Shown piece by piece: positions 49,759 through 62,620 of a stretch of 64,000 bases of DNA. Below the pieces are notes generated by a model. The model made no database searches. It was given only the letters and a program-made list of their open reading frames with translations, and was not told the origin of the DNA. The translations under genes and the position numbers were made by a program. Positions within the stretch are counted from its first letter, which is position 1. The number at the start of each line of letters is the position of its first letter. The stretch comes from Camelus dromedarius. Taxonomy: Eukaryota. The DNA is taken from NCBI RefSeq assembly GCF_036321535.1, contig NC_087437.1, forward strand, positions 38,814,001-38,878,000, in the 5' to 3' direction.

Positions 49759-50365
49759 CTAGGACATTTTAGGGAAGGCAGAACTTACTATCCTGTGGGG
49801 CTGTTGAGAGTTTGTAGCTTTTCTTTTTCTGAGCATTATTTAGTCATTTGGGAATAGTGTCTGATAAAAGGTAATGGTGGCAATTCCTGGCAGAAGACTG
49901 CAGTGCTCAATAGGGCATTCCCAAGGGAACGGGCTGAGGGAGTGCGTGGTGGGGGTTAAAGTGAATATCTTCACGTGTGCTTCCAGATTACTGCCAGAAA
50001 CACTCGGGACAGTTTTGCAAGCGGCTGGGTGATATGTAATACTTACTGGGAAAATATATATATATATATAATTATTGAAGTGTAGGAAAGTCTAGTTATT
50101 TATTATATATGCATATACTACATTATTTATACATGTTAAATATGGTTATAAAATTAGATCATACTGTATGCATTTGCATCCTTACTTTTCATTTGTCTTG
50201 TCATGAGCATTCTGCCCATGTCAATTATATGTTCCAAAATCATCACTTAAAAGTCTGTGTAGTAGCTCATTTTGTGCTATGATGTAATTTGTAATTTTGT
50301 TTTTACTATGTTTGCCTTTTAAAATCTTTATAAATAACACAGGACACAGAAACAGAAGAATTATA

Positions 50366-50496
50366 TTGTCTGTTTTCTGAGGGGGAGTTAATTAGGCTTC
50401 TTCACTGGTTTCTACTTGGAGGACGTGCTGGGGATTGAACCCAGGACCTCTTAGGTGCTGAGCACGTGTTCTACCACTTGAGCTGCAGCCTCCCCC
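50366..50496 (-). mobile_element. Camelid-type tRNA-derived SINE (vic-1-like)
   Basis: ggggattgaacccaggacctc...ctaccacttgagctgcagcctccccc; 19-bp TSD at 50347-50365 and 50497-50515 with 1 mismatch. Confidence 0.9.
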
Positions 50497-51029
50497 CAGA
50501 AATAGAAGAATTATAAAAGAATCCAAAATCCAGAAAAAGATTTATGTACAAAAAGTTGAACTACTTCTTTGGTATACACTCCTGAAGGGAGATTTTGTGA
50601 GATGGTTGAATCAGAGTGTTTCTGTGGGCCTTGGTGTGTACTTTTAACTTGGTTTCCAGAGAGGCTACACAGCTTCTCTTTGACAGACTAACTTGAGTGC
50701 TCTATGGGGGGAAGATAGTAGGTGTAACGTAACTGGATGTAAACAAGGATTTGGAAAAGACTTATTTCATCCTTATGGAAAAGTTTGAGAAATGCAGAGT
50801 AGATAATAGTTCAATAAAATGGATTTAATGTACCCATGGGTGCTGACTAAAATAAAGATACCAGCTTTAGAAAGAGTTTCTAGAAACTTGCCACTGGGCT
50901 CTCTTCTATACAGTATTTCTTTTAAAATCAATGATGTAAATGATTATGTAGAAAAGCTGCTTAGAAAACTTAACGATCAAGAAAATTGACATCTAGGAAG
51001 CAGTTGTTTGGTTAAACTTTGGGGCACCA

Positions 51030-51147
51030 GAATATAGTAGTTAGCTACATGGGATTTGGAGTCCAATTGGATTTTAAAGATCAGCTTCACCACTTGTGGG
51101 CTTTGTAACTTTCGTTAAGTTACCTAACCCCTCTCAAGCTAGTTATC
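51030..51147 (+). mobile_element. MIR fragment
   Basis: catgggatttggagtcca...cagcttcaccactt...aagttacctaacccctctcaagct. Confidence 0.7.
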
Positions 51148-51148
51148 C

Positions 51149-52290
51149 TTTTTTTTTTTTAAATAAAAAGGACCTCATTTTGGAGCATTTTTAAGGTCAC
51201 GGCAAAATTGAGAGGAAGGTATAATAATTTTTCATTTACTCCCAGTCCCCACACATGCACAGCCTCCCCATTACCAACATTCCCCACTAGAGTCAAACAT
51301 TCTCACAGCTGATGTACCTGCGTTGACTCATCATAATCACCCAAAGCCTATAGTTTGCCTTGGTGTTGTACGTTCACGCTTGGTGTTGTACATTCTATGC
51401 GTTTAGACAAATGTATAATGACACGTATTCTGCCTATTCACCCCTCCCTCTCACCAACGCTTAGCAACTACTGATCTTTTCACTGTCTCCATAGTTTTAC
51501 CTTTTTCAGAACGTCATATACTTGGACTCATACAGAACACAGCCTTTTCAGATTGGCTTCTTTCACTTAGTAATATAAATTTAAGTTCCCTCCATGACTT
51601 TTCATGGTTTGATAGCTTATTTCTTTTTAGTGCTCAATAATATTCCATTGCATGGATATACTACAATTTATCCATTCACCTGCTGGTGGACATCTTGCTT
51701 GCTTCCACATTTAGGCAATTATGAATAAAGCTACTATCAATATTCATGTGCAGATTTTTGTGTGGACATAAGTTTTCAGCTCCTTTAAGTAAATACCAAG
51801 GATCACAGTTGCTGGATCTTATGATGAGAGTATGTTTAGTTTTGTAACAAAACAACAAACTATCTTCCAAAGTGGCTGTACCATCTTGCATTCCCACCAG
51901 CACGTAATGAGAGTTCCTGTTGCTCTACATCATAACCAGCATTTGGTGGTGTCATTGTTCCAAGTTTTGGCCATTCTAATAGGTGTGCAGTGGTATCTTG
52001 TTTTTAATTTTCATTTCCCTGATGACATATGTTGTGGAGCATCTTTTTATGTGCCTGTTTTCCACGTGTATAGCTTTGGGGAGTTGTCTGTTATGGTCTT
52101 TGGCCCATTTTTTAAATCAGGTATTTTGTTTTCTTACGGTTGAGTTCTAAGAGTTCTTTGTATGTTTTGGAAAACAGTCCTTTATCAGATGTGTCTCTTG
52201 CAAATATTTTCTCCCAGTTTGTGGATTGTCTATAATTCTCTTGATACTATCTTTAGCAGTTTTAATGAAGTCCAACTTATAAATTATTTC
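51149..52290 (-). mobile_element. L1 (L1MB/MC-like) 3' end with ORF2 C-terminus
   Basis: Poly(T) start; aaactatcttccaaagtggctgtaccatcttgcattcccaccagca; ggccattctaataggtgtgcagtggtatct. Confidence 0.88.
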
Positions 52291-53149
52291 TTCTTCCTTT
52301 GGTGTCTCATTATCCTTTTAGTTATGACCCTCCTACCTGTTCTTGTTCTTACCTACTTACAGAGTGTGGACACATTTTTCATGAAGCATTTTTAATTATT
52401 AATTAATTAATTAAGTGCACAGTTATTTGTATAATTCCATCATGGTAAGATTGCTATTCCCCTTCACTAAGACAGTTAATTTCAATCAGAAGATTTATGT
52501 TTTCCCTCCCAGAGGTGAGGGACTAGAGAGTGGAGGAAACTGGGAATAAATAAAGACATTTCTTATAGCATTGTTGTGAAAAATGAAAAATATAAAAGAC
52601 ATAAAATGCTTAACATGCTTCCTATCACACAATAACTATATAATTAATTATTACTGATCCAAAGACGTCTTGGCAAACTGGAAAAATGAGTCTAATTAGT
52701 AGGATCAAATATGCTAGGGAGAAATATAAATATATGTACCTGAATCCAAAAATGACAACATTATTGAGTATAAGCTTTAATGATAAAAATATGATTGATT
52801 TAGTTAAATGCAACATCAGTAGTATGATGTGTCTATCAAAAAAAAAAGTCAATACGACCTATGGCTGCATTAGTAGAAGTAAAGTGTTTAGAATCAGGGA
52901 GGTGATAGTCTTGTCCTACTCTGTGCTAATCACACTGTGCCTCAAGCAATGTGTTCAGTTCTCCACACAAGATTTTAAAGAGGCTGGGGTCTGGGTTTAG
53001 GATTAACATCTATTTTGTTTTTAATGTATTTGCTTAAATTGTTGGGATTTTTCTCCCCTAGTAAAATAATTTTGAAGAAAGGATTTATTATGTTTTATGT
53101 GGAGAAGAGAAGTTTAGAGGGATATGATACACATCCTTAAGTATTTCAA

Positions 53150-53580
53150 AATGTAAGATCTGGGCAAATTAAATAAAGTTCATTTGGGTACAAGTACTAG
53201 AAGTTAGGGAAAGCTGGAGAATTTCACAGGATCTAAGGACGACCTGAACAGTTAGGCATCAGTGAGGCAAGAGTCAGGGAAGTTTCAGTGTTTCACTCGG
53301 TAACAGAGCTTGAATCTCCTTTTTCTGGACGCCGCCAGGGACGTATCTCAGCGCCAGCATCCCAGTCTCTTCCCAGTTCTCGGGAGAGAGAATCTGACCA
53401 TCCAGTCTGGAGCAGGTCCACTCCTGGGTCAAGCATGTATGGCCAGGTAGTGAAGTGGGCCTCAAACTTAGGTTCCTAGAAGTCAAAACCAAGAATGGAC
53501 ACTTCATGTACTCCCACTAGAACAGCCTCCCTTTACTTTCTTTTTTCTGTCTTCTCTGAAGTCCAGATAGAAAGATGTTA
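53150..53580 (-). mobile_element. Old MLT1 LTR fragment
   Basis: ccagttctcgggagagagaatctgaccatccagtctggagcaggtccactcctgg. Confidence 0.55.
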
Positions 53581-54109
53581 AAAGTTTATTGACATTTACT
53601 TCCTTTTCTTTCAGAGTATTGGCCTAAATCCATTATATGACAGTTGCTGTTGATCTGTGCTTAAGACTGAGCAGAAGGAAACGTCCTTTATTGAGATTGC
53701 TTTTCCTCTGAAATTGATGATTAATGTGATGCACCTTAAAGGGTAGAGGACTATATTTAAAAACCCTGTGCAAAGGGTGACTGTTGGATAATGGAGCTGC
53801 TTTCGATCTAGGTCTGCAGACACAGTCCCTTTTTAGACTAATGTTTTAGAGAGCTAGTGAATACATAGTATTTTTTAATACAAGAGATGAGCTTTGGGTA
53901 ACTGAGATTTACAATGTAACTTAACTGCTAATCCATGAGTATAGAAAAGTGAATATAAATTTCATGGCAAAAATATATCAATTTTGAAAAACATTTTAAC
54001 CAATATCAATGGCTTTTAATAACTTAAAACCATCTGGGTTTTTTAAAAAAAAAATTCACTGAGCCAGGGAATTTTAAAACGTCTTTTAGATACTATAATG
54101 TTGTAATTT

Positions 54110-54329
54110 GAGAGTTGGCAAGCTTTTTCTTAAAGACCAGACAGCAAATATTTTCAGCTTTGCAGGCCATACTGTCTGTGTTTCAGCTCCTTGGTTCTGC
54201 CATCGTAACCAACAGACAGCTACAGACAGTATAGAAACAAATGAGCACGGCTGTGTTCCAGTGAAGTTTTATTTACAAAACCAGGTGGCAGATGGGATTT
54301 GGCCCAAGGGCCATAGTTTGCCACCCCTG
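54110..54329 (+). mobile_element. MER58A hAT-Charlie MITE
   Basis: gttggcaagctttttcttaaagaccagacagcaaatattttcagctttgcaggccata...ccatagtttgccacccctg. Confidence 0.9.
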
Positions 54330-54384
54330 TTTTAGCTAATTATGCAGTTGTATTTGTTTGGGCTTTTAGGAGCTCAGACCCAAC

Positions 54385-55646
54385 TTTGCAGTCCGCTTCC
54401 AGCATGGACCGCACCGCCTGCAGGCTGCATGACAGTCTGTTCATGTCATCTTTCCTTTATGCCAGTGTTCTCAGCCACCTTTAAGATATTCTGTTCTATA
54501 GTTAGTATCTCAAACCATCACATGAATTCATTTTTGAAATTAGATTGATATAACTGAATTAGATTAAACATAGCTTTTAACTGGGAATTGACTTTGTGTT
54601 ACTGTAGATAAAATCCTCAATTCATAAGGTGTAAATTTATCAAGCAAATAGCAAAACAGTACTGTGGTAGATACGAATATCTGTGTCGGCCATGGTAACT
54701 GTATCTGCCTCGTGCTATGGCAGCTGACTTTTACCATCTCTTTCTCGCTAAAACTCGAAGTCTTCAAGGTGGGACTGACGTTTTCTGGCTCTCTGCATTA
54801 TTCATCTTCTTCCTGGATATTGGAGAAATATCATTTTCTGTTTATTATATGTTGGGCTATATTCATAGGACTTAAAATTAAAAACACACAAAGATAAAAA
54901 TTACAATCCAGACCTCCCCCGACAAAATCCAGTGGTTCTGGCAGGTCTTTACTTCAGAGTCTCACAATGGCGATTCACACGCCCAGTGCCTCTTAGGATT
55001 AGATGTACTTCAGTTTAAAAAGATGTCTGCTTTCGAAATGGAAATGAATGTTTCACAAACCAGTCATTCATGGACAACCTTCATAATTTTTGTTATGTTT
55101 TATAAAACTTTTTCCTTTTAACTTAATAAATGTAAAACAAAACTATGCATTGTCAATATAAACAGAAAATCAGTATCATTTGTCATAGAGAAGGTAATTG
55201 AAAATATAAATATATCATTTATATCAGACCTAATTTTGTCTGTTTAGTACAGGGGTAATTGCTGCATTTTTGGAAATACTGGTTTAAGTAATTTCTGCTT
55301 CTTGCATCCCTGCTAATCTTAGCCTAAATAAGCAATCAATCGGTTAATCAATCAGGAACTAAGACTTTACTCCCCACAATTTGCTTCTACCCCTGCCCAA
55401 TCAATAGCCTTATTAATTTCTTGAGGCTCAGTATCTAACAGAAATTGACTCACCTTAAGTTTCCTGCTTCCTCAAATTACTGGGTCCAAATATGTCCTGT
55501 AGATGTTGCATCCTTCTTGTCAACATCCACCCAAGGATCACAGAAGACTGAAGGAAGGATTGCACATGGCAAACACACAGATTTCCTTTTTAAAGAGAGA
55601 AATGACAGTTTCAGACCTGAATTTCTTTTCTTGGGTATATTGATTT
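54385..55646 (-). pseudogene. Exon-remnant cluster: 55646-55454, possibly 55323-55230, 55078-54905, 54812-54735, 54478 to about 54385
   Basis: 55646-55454 has tttttag| and AAG|gtgagt and reads INIPKKRNSGLKLSFLSLKRKSVCLPCAILPSVFCDPWVDVDKKDATSTGHIWTQ*FEEAGNL. Later blocks chain in phase 2 only if 55323-55230 is skipped. Confidence 0.5.
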
Positions 55647-57385
55647 CTAAAAATCAGGCTTTTTTCCCCTTGACTAACTCGACATTTAATTTCTGGAAAG
55701 GATGTTAGACTTTTATGATTAATGTACACAGAGCTAATCAGAAAATAGTATCTTAAGGAGTAAAAGATGGTCCTACCTGTCATTTCCACATTACACAGAG
55801 CAAGCACACTGCATTTTTTTTAAAAAAAGCATTACTTAAGATTATGTAATAGTTAAGACTTGGTATCATGTCTTAAATCTCTTTCTTTATGATGCAAAAT
55901 TGATTTTAAATAGACCAAAATATTGTTTGTACTGTGGAGGTGTGGATTTAATTCTCGATTGCTCTTATAATTTGAGATAATTACTAAAAATATTTGAAAG
56001 AATATTAATCTAAGTTTTGTCAAACCAGCAGGTGCCCCCTGAATCTTTGCCCTTTGCTTGGCAGAGAGGACTTTATGGAAAAGACACAAAAATGTGACCT
56101 AGTTAGTCTGACACAGAAGTTGTCCTTCTAAATTTGAGATCGGTCCAATTGGCAGTGTGATATTGACAGGCTTAATCCCTCCAACTAACTGCCATTTCCA
56201 CAACTGAAAAGGATTGCAGGGGTCACAATGTCCATCTGTCATCCTTTCCAATGAGTAAAACTACTTTAGATTTAATTTAAAAGCCCACGACCATGCCCCC
56301 TAAACAAATGGTAAAGTTGCTTCATGTACTTTTGTAAGACACATCGCTATCTGTATAATGAGGACCTACTGAACCCTTTCAGGAACTACCTACGTGTGTT
56401 TGATGTTTCACCTGCACCCAGCAGGGGATAGAAAAGCAGTCAGAGAGCAAATGTCTATCCTAAGATTAGTGGTTTAAATTCTGCTTGTCGATATCTGTCT
56501 CATCATTATAATAATTCATACCTACCCCATTCATTTTGTGCCATGTACTGTGTAAACAATGTGTATAATTCTAACAACAGTCCAGCACAATGGGTAATTA
56601 TACTCATTTTTCTGATGGAGAAACTGAGACTAAAACGTTAAGTACTAAAGCAAAGCTAGCTTCATGTTGAATTCCAATTGGCACCCCAACCAAATATTTC
56701 TATTTTACCCCATAACCTTCCCTTTTCATTCTGCATGCCTTTTAAGTCTGGAGTCTACATGATTGCCAACTTTAGAATGCCGGAAACTTACTCTGTTTAT
56801 TTAGAATTTGAATCAAGAACACTAAAGCTGCCAATCAGAGCTTCTGATTGGCAAGAGATGACCAGGTCAGCAACCTTGAAGTCATATGATGTGATTAAAA
56901 ACAACTTTTAAAAGCTTTGTTTAACCTATATGTTCTGATTGAGGGGGTCCATTGGCCTCAAGCTGTGTACCACACACCTCCACACATACACACACACAAA
57001 TAAAGTTGTTGCAAATAAAGATTCTGAATTCTCTACTTTCCAGGAATTTCTAGAACACTGGATGTGGCTTGCCTATCTAAACCGTGATTCCAACAGGGTC
57101 TTTCTACTGAAGTCTGTGTCCTTGACTGTCCTTGGCTGGACTTGTGCATTGATGGCGACCCAAGTTGATTCCATGCTTTCCTAGAGAACATCTTCCCCAA
57201 GCCCCTCCCTCTCAACCAGCGTCCAGCTTTGGCCTCTGCTGTCACTGTCTGCATCAGGGTACAGGCTGTTAACTGGCAGTAAGTGGGCCGTGCTTTCCCC
57301 TTCCACGTGTATGGTTTATCTAACCCAGTGTTTTTGTTCATTGTTTTTTAGCATCGTGACCACATTTAAAATGGAGTGCTTTCAG

Positions 57386-57665
57386 GAGCCAGACACAAGA
57401 TAACTTATTGTATGATTCCACTTACATGAAATATATAGCATAGGTAAATCCATAGATATAGAAAGCAGATTGGTGGTTTCCAGTGGCTGGAAGGAGAGGG
57501 GAAGGGGAGTGACTGTTTAATGGGTATGATGTTTTATTTTGGAGCAATGGAAATGTTTTGGGACTAGATAGAGGTGATGGCTGCACAACATTGTGAATGT
57601 ACAAAAAGCCTCTGTTCACTTTAAAATGGTTAATTTTATGCTATGTGAATTTCACATAATGAATG
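57386..57665 (+). mobile_element. L1MB 3' end, apparently inserted in a MER102-like element
   Basis: TSD aatggagtgctttcag 57370-57385 / aatggagtgatttcag 57666-57681; gaaatgttttgggactagatagaggtgatggctgcacaacattgtgaatgt. Confidence 0.88.
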
Positions 57666-58346
57666 AATGGAGTGATTTCAGATTTTCTGCCTTTCTTGGG
57701 AACCTCTTCTTGCATTCTCGCTGTGTAACTGTCAGCTAGAGCCGAGTGGCCACTACTCCTTTAGATGAGAGGATGTGCTTTAGGGACCACATTGCCAGAC
57801 TCTGAGTTGCTGACTTGAGTCTGAGAGTAAGAGTCAGGGTCAAGTTTCTACCTGCCCTCGCTGCTGACTTTACTATAGCAGAGAGCTATTTCTCTGTAAG
57901 CACCGTCAAAAGCAGGAAAAGAATATTTGATGAGAGAGCTACACCTTTCAAGAAAAAAAAAAAAGAGGAATCAGTGGAGAACTAAGGAAACAGATTTCCT
58001 TTCTAGAAAATAAGGATATTCTCTTATGTTTCATAGGCAAAGGAAGCATATCAATGTTGAACCACGGTCAGGTGGGAGCCTCAGTCCTTTACGCACCTCC
58101 AAGGTGGGTGGAGGGAGAGCAGGAGAGAAAAGGAACCAAATGAAACAGAGCCCTGCAGTGGCAAAGTGCGAGCGCATAAGACAAAAAGAATCCCTTCTCC
58201 CCACTACCCCTCTTCCTCTGCATGGTGGCAAGAAGACAATGACTGGTCCTCCCTTTCAGGGAATGTCATGGAATGATATCTGACATCAACTGAAGATATT
58301 CAGTTTGGATACTTTTACTCCTCTAAGGTTTCTTCACTAGGAATCC

Positions 58347-59014
58347 TGTGTGGTAAAGAATTTAACATTGCCCAGAGAGAGTGCTGGCCTTTGACCTTGG
58401 CTAATTGGGAGGTAATCGCTCAGCCCTTAGAATTACAGGCCTGAGGAGTGTCTTTGTTTTCCTGGGCCCTGGTTCATTCACCAGATAGTCTAATGCTATG
58501 ATACCTGGTGGGGGCTGGCCAAACTCAGATGGTCTTAGGGTGGGGCTGGCCACACTAGAAAACCCAGCAATATTAGTTAGGGTTATGCTAGGTCAGACAA
58601 CTATGTGGGCAGTGAACCCATCAGTCACAGCTATGAGATGGAGCCTCAGTGGAAACACTGAGCCCTGGGTGAATGTCCCTTTTGGGCAGTGCTCTGTATG
58701 CACTGTCACATGCTGATGCCAGGGATGTATAAGGCGTCCTGACTCTGCGAGGAGAGGACCGTGGGAGCCCCATGTGTGGTACTTCCCTGGACTCTTCCCT
58801 GCGTGTGTCCCTTCTTGGCTGGTCTTCATCTGTATCCTTTCCCTGTAATAAACTGCAACTGTGAGTATAATAGTTTTTGGTGACTTCTGTGAGTCCATCC
58901 AGAAATGATCAAACTCAGGGTGTTTTGGGGATCCCCACAAACTTGTGTCAGAAATGAGAGCAGTCTTGTGTGTTCTGTGTGCCCTCTAATTTCACAGTTA
59001 GCTAAAATCTTCAC
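58347..59014 (+). mobile_element. MER21/MER77-family solo LTR
   Basis: tgtggtaaagaatttaacattgcccagagagagtgctggcctttg...gtaataaactgcaactgtgagtataa...aaactcagggtgttttggggatccc. Confidence 0.8.
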
Positions 59015-59805
59015 CATCCTACTCTTGATTTTTATTTTAGTACACACACATATTATATTGTGATTACTCCATGGCAGTAGAATTCATGAGGACAAGAACA
59101 AATGTTGTCTCCTACTTTACCCACTTCCATACTGTTGTAAATTCTTGTGAGTATGCATTACTTTATAATAAAACCATTAAAAAATTTAAGATTCTCATCT
59201 TCTCAGCATTACTCCTTTATCAAGCAAGAAGTACCATGAAGAAGGAAGATGGTTTAAAAAGATAACAGAAATAGTGAATGTGGAAACCAATCACAGAAGT
59301 ACATAATTAAAGTGAAATTATGCACTATACATTATAATTTATTTTAATCCTTGGCAATATTTTAAAGAAGTATATTGAATTGGGTGTACAATGTGCCTGA
59401 TTTTGAATAGCAATTAGGTCATTTAAACTATAATTAGAATTTTAAAAGAAATCATCATAATTTCTCTAAATACGCACACTGAGTCATAACATTGCTTTAT
59501 AGAAACCACATCAGAAAACTATTTAAATAAAGCTTGGAAAGTTTCATGAGTTTATGTATATATTGAACAAAATAGAAGTTTTCAGTCTGAAAAAAAACTC
59601 CTCCTCTCTAAATGCCAAATTTGGGACTAAAAATAAGTATTTGGAAACAGTATTGGGAGATAGTAGCGTTTAAGAAGCACAGAAAATACTACAATAACAT
59701 AAAATAAGCATCTTCTGATTTCTCCTTCCCTTCTTCCCTCTCCATCCTGGGAGGTGGGGTGAAGTGAGGCCTTGCACTGAGGCCAAAGGTGGAACTGTTT
59801 CATGA

Positions 59806-60253
59806 TGTCAAAGACAAAACTGTGTCAGAGACAAAATGAATAAAGTCTGTTTATTCATAAACTGGGCAAGGGAACCCATGTGTCATCACTTTCATTTCAG
59901 CAGGAGTCCTAAGTGGTAGAAAGGAGAATATGTTTATAGAGTGAAAGAAGGAAGCACGGTCTTGGGTTGGCAAGCATTCATTCTCTTAAGGTGGGACTTT
60001 TGGAAGTGGGGAGACTTGCTACTTGTACTCCACGCAGACTCCTCATTCCTTGGCTGGCTTCAGGGGTCAAGTGACCCATCTGGGGACCTTTCAAAAGAGG
60101 AAGAAATGCTCCCTGTGAGGGGTGGAGGTATTCTGTAGCTAACCATTTCCTGGAACAAGTCGGGGTCCACTAGGTCCTCTTTTTGAGGTCAAACTATCAT
60201 AATGGTCCTCATGGGGGTGGGCAGAGACGGCTACCATGGCAGACAATTTCTCA
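59806..60253 (-). mobile_element. Solo LTR, probably ERV1 class
   Basis: TG...CA termini; 4-bp flanks atga/gtga; minus-strand TATAAA at about 59933 followed by AATAAA at 59850-59855. Confidence 0.65.
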
Positions 60254-60834
60254 GTGAAGACAGGGTTGGACAGCCATGAACTATTATTCTAGCTGGAATT
60301 GTATATTCTTCTTCCGTTTCTACCATTTCTCCTTCCACGCCCTCCCTTATCCACTCTTTACTTTGACATCTTTTCTGATCCTTAAACATATGACACCATT
60401 TCCTGCCCTGAAGCAAGGAGCAGCGAGAACAATTTGAGAACGTGGAGCTGAGCATTGGAGGGAGAGACTTACCATGTATCTTTTTATACATTCTGATTTT
60501 TAAACCATGTGAATGAATCACCTGTTCTAAATATTTGCAAAAACATGTACAGCAGTCACTTAGCCAGCCGCCATTACTATACCTGTGTGTGTGCATGTGT
60601 GGGTGTTTGCCGGAAAGTGACTTTTTTCCACCTTCACAGTTTGTCTGAGGATAGAAGCTTAAGCTGAAAATAATTCCAGCACAGAATTTTGAGTATACTT
60701 TGCTTCATGTTTTTCTAGTATCCAGTGTTCCTGATGAGAAATGGAATGCTCTTTGTTTTTCTTTTTTGCAGGGGACCCATCTTCCCCCCTCCCCCGCCAT
60801 GGAATCTTTTAGAACCATCTCTTTATCTCTAGTG

Positions 60835-61110
60835 TTTTTTTTTTTCTGATTTAAAAAATAATAGTAAAATACAAATAGCATAAAATTTACCATGTAAACC
60901 ACCTTAAGTGCACAGTTAAGTGGTATTAAGTACATTCATATTGTTGTACAGCCATCACCACCATCTCCCAAACTTGTTTCATTTTGAAGAACTGAAACTC
61001 CATATCCGCTAAATATTAACTCCCCGTTCCCACCTCTCTCCAGTCCCTGGCAACCACCGTCCTCTTGCAGTCTCTATGGATTGGACTCTTCTAAGTGCAA
61101 TCATACAGTA
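60835..61110 (-). mobile_element. L1MB 3' end
   Basis: cataaaatttaccatgtaaaccaccttaagtgcacagttaagtggtattaagtacattcatattgttgtacagccatcacca. Confidence 0.85.
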
Positions 61111-61699
61111 TGTTATACTTTGTGTTTTTATAGCACTTTTTAAAAACATTTTTCTCAATTATTTATTTGTTTATTGTTTCTTGCCTCTAATGCATTTTAA
61201 GAATAGGGACATTGCTTTTCTGATCATCCCTGTAGGCTCAGAGTCGAGAGCAGTGCCTGGAGCAGAGCAGAAGGAGGGTTGATGAATGTTAGACGGTGCC
61301 CAACGAGGCAGCTCTTCCTCGGGGAGGAATTCTCTACACCGCTTTCCCAGAAGAGGTGGGAACCTGGTGGACGTTTAACACGTGGTCAGCCGTCTGGGAT
61401 AGGGGGTGGGCTTGGATTTGTTCTCTGACTTGCCATCTTTGTCATATTATGATGGAAATACCAAAACAACTCCCCGGTTTGTATAATTAGGATCAAATTC
61501 CTACTGTAAGACAGTTTAGGGAAAATTCTTACGATGCAAAATTGAGTGGAGTTTCTTAGTTGGCAGAGAACTGGTCTTCATCTTGTCTCTTGTCTTGAAG
61601 CATCAGACAAATACACTCATCCTCTACTTAGTAGAACCTTGGCTGTGGTCTTGTTAGGGCACCAGTCTTACTTTCCTCCTGAGATAGATTTAGGCTAGA

Positions 61700-62029
61700 C
61701 AGGGAGCTCGGCCACATTTTCTTAAAGGGCCAGATACTAAATATTTTGTCTGTTTGGGTCATCTGACTTCCGTCCTAACTACCCAGCTCTGCTGTTGTAG
61801 CACAAAGCGCCCAAGGTGACAGACAGTACATAGAGGGATGAGTGCGGCTGAGTTCTGATAACAGCTTTTCTTATGGATGCCGAAGTTTTAATTTTCATGT
61901 GTAATGAAATATTATTATTCTTTTGATTTATTTTCTACCCATTCAATTAAAATCATTCTCAGCCCATAGGCTGTATAAAAATAGGCTGTGAGCTCGATTT
62001 GGTGCAAGGGCAGGAGTTTACCCACCTTG
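61700..62029 (+). mobile_element. MER58B hAT-Charlie MITE
   Basis: ttttcttaaagggccagatactaaatatttt...gaaatattattattcttttgattta...gatttggtgcaagggcaggagttt. Confidence 0.85.
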
Positions 62030-62499
62030 AAGGAAGGATTACCTGTGAAATATAAAACATAATTCCCAGATAGTGTAGGTCACACAGAAGACAGCATAGA
62101 CATGCTTGCATTTCTTTTAGGGGAGATGTTCTTAAAGCCAACAGGAACAAAAGACCTTTGTTAACTCATTTGCAGCAGTAACCGCTGTGTATATAAACAC
62201 AGTTACACTAAAACATGCCACCGCAGGGTAATAACTTTAGCTTCATTCCTAAAAGAAATTATTCTCGCTCTACTATTAGACACTAACTGAAAAGCCTACA
62301 TTGAGTAAAGCTGAATAAGTTATTGTCTTCATATTGGAAAGGAAAAGTATCATGTCATTTTGGTTGTACAGAGAGTCCATGCACACATATAAATTCTCTT
62401 CATTGCCCTTGGTGTTCTTTCTCTTCAACCACTCAGCTTAAGGATTCAATCTACAACATTCTACAGGAGTCTGCGTGTGTATGCCATCGGAGCTGAAAG

Positions 62500-62620
62500 A
62501 TGGGAGAGCCCAGGCACAGAGTAGGTAGGAGACTCGCCTGAAGTCACACAGCTACCACACGTGGAGCCTGACTCAGACCCGGGCAGTATGACCCAGGTGC
62601 TTGCTCTTTTCCCTGCTGTG
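62500..62620 (-). mobile_element. MIR fragment (further MIR pieces at about 56540-56720, 63520-63640 and 63840-64000)
   Basis: aggcacagagtaggtaggagactcgcctgaagtcacacagcta...gactcagacccgggcagt. Confidence 0.7.

Larger units (their letters stand above)
50715..53150 (+). mobile_element. CR1/L3 RT relic in two pieces (about 50715-50990 and 52650-53150)
   Basis: ctggatgtaaacaaggatttggaaaaga resembles the LDFSKAFDK region. ORF 52686-53000 KKVNTTYGCISRSKVFRIREVIVLSYSVLITLCLKQCVQF matches the CR1 ORF2 C-terminal region. Confidence 0.75.

Noticed and set aside
56025..56042. CTCF-like ccagcaggtgccccct
   Set aside because: Mismatches at core positions on both strands.
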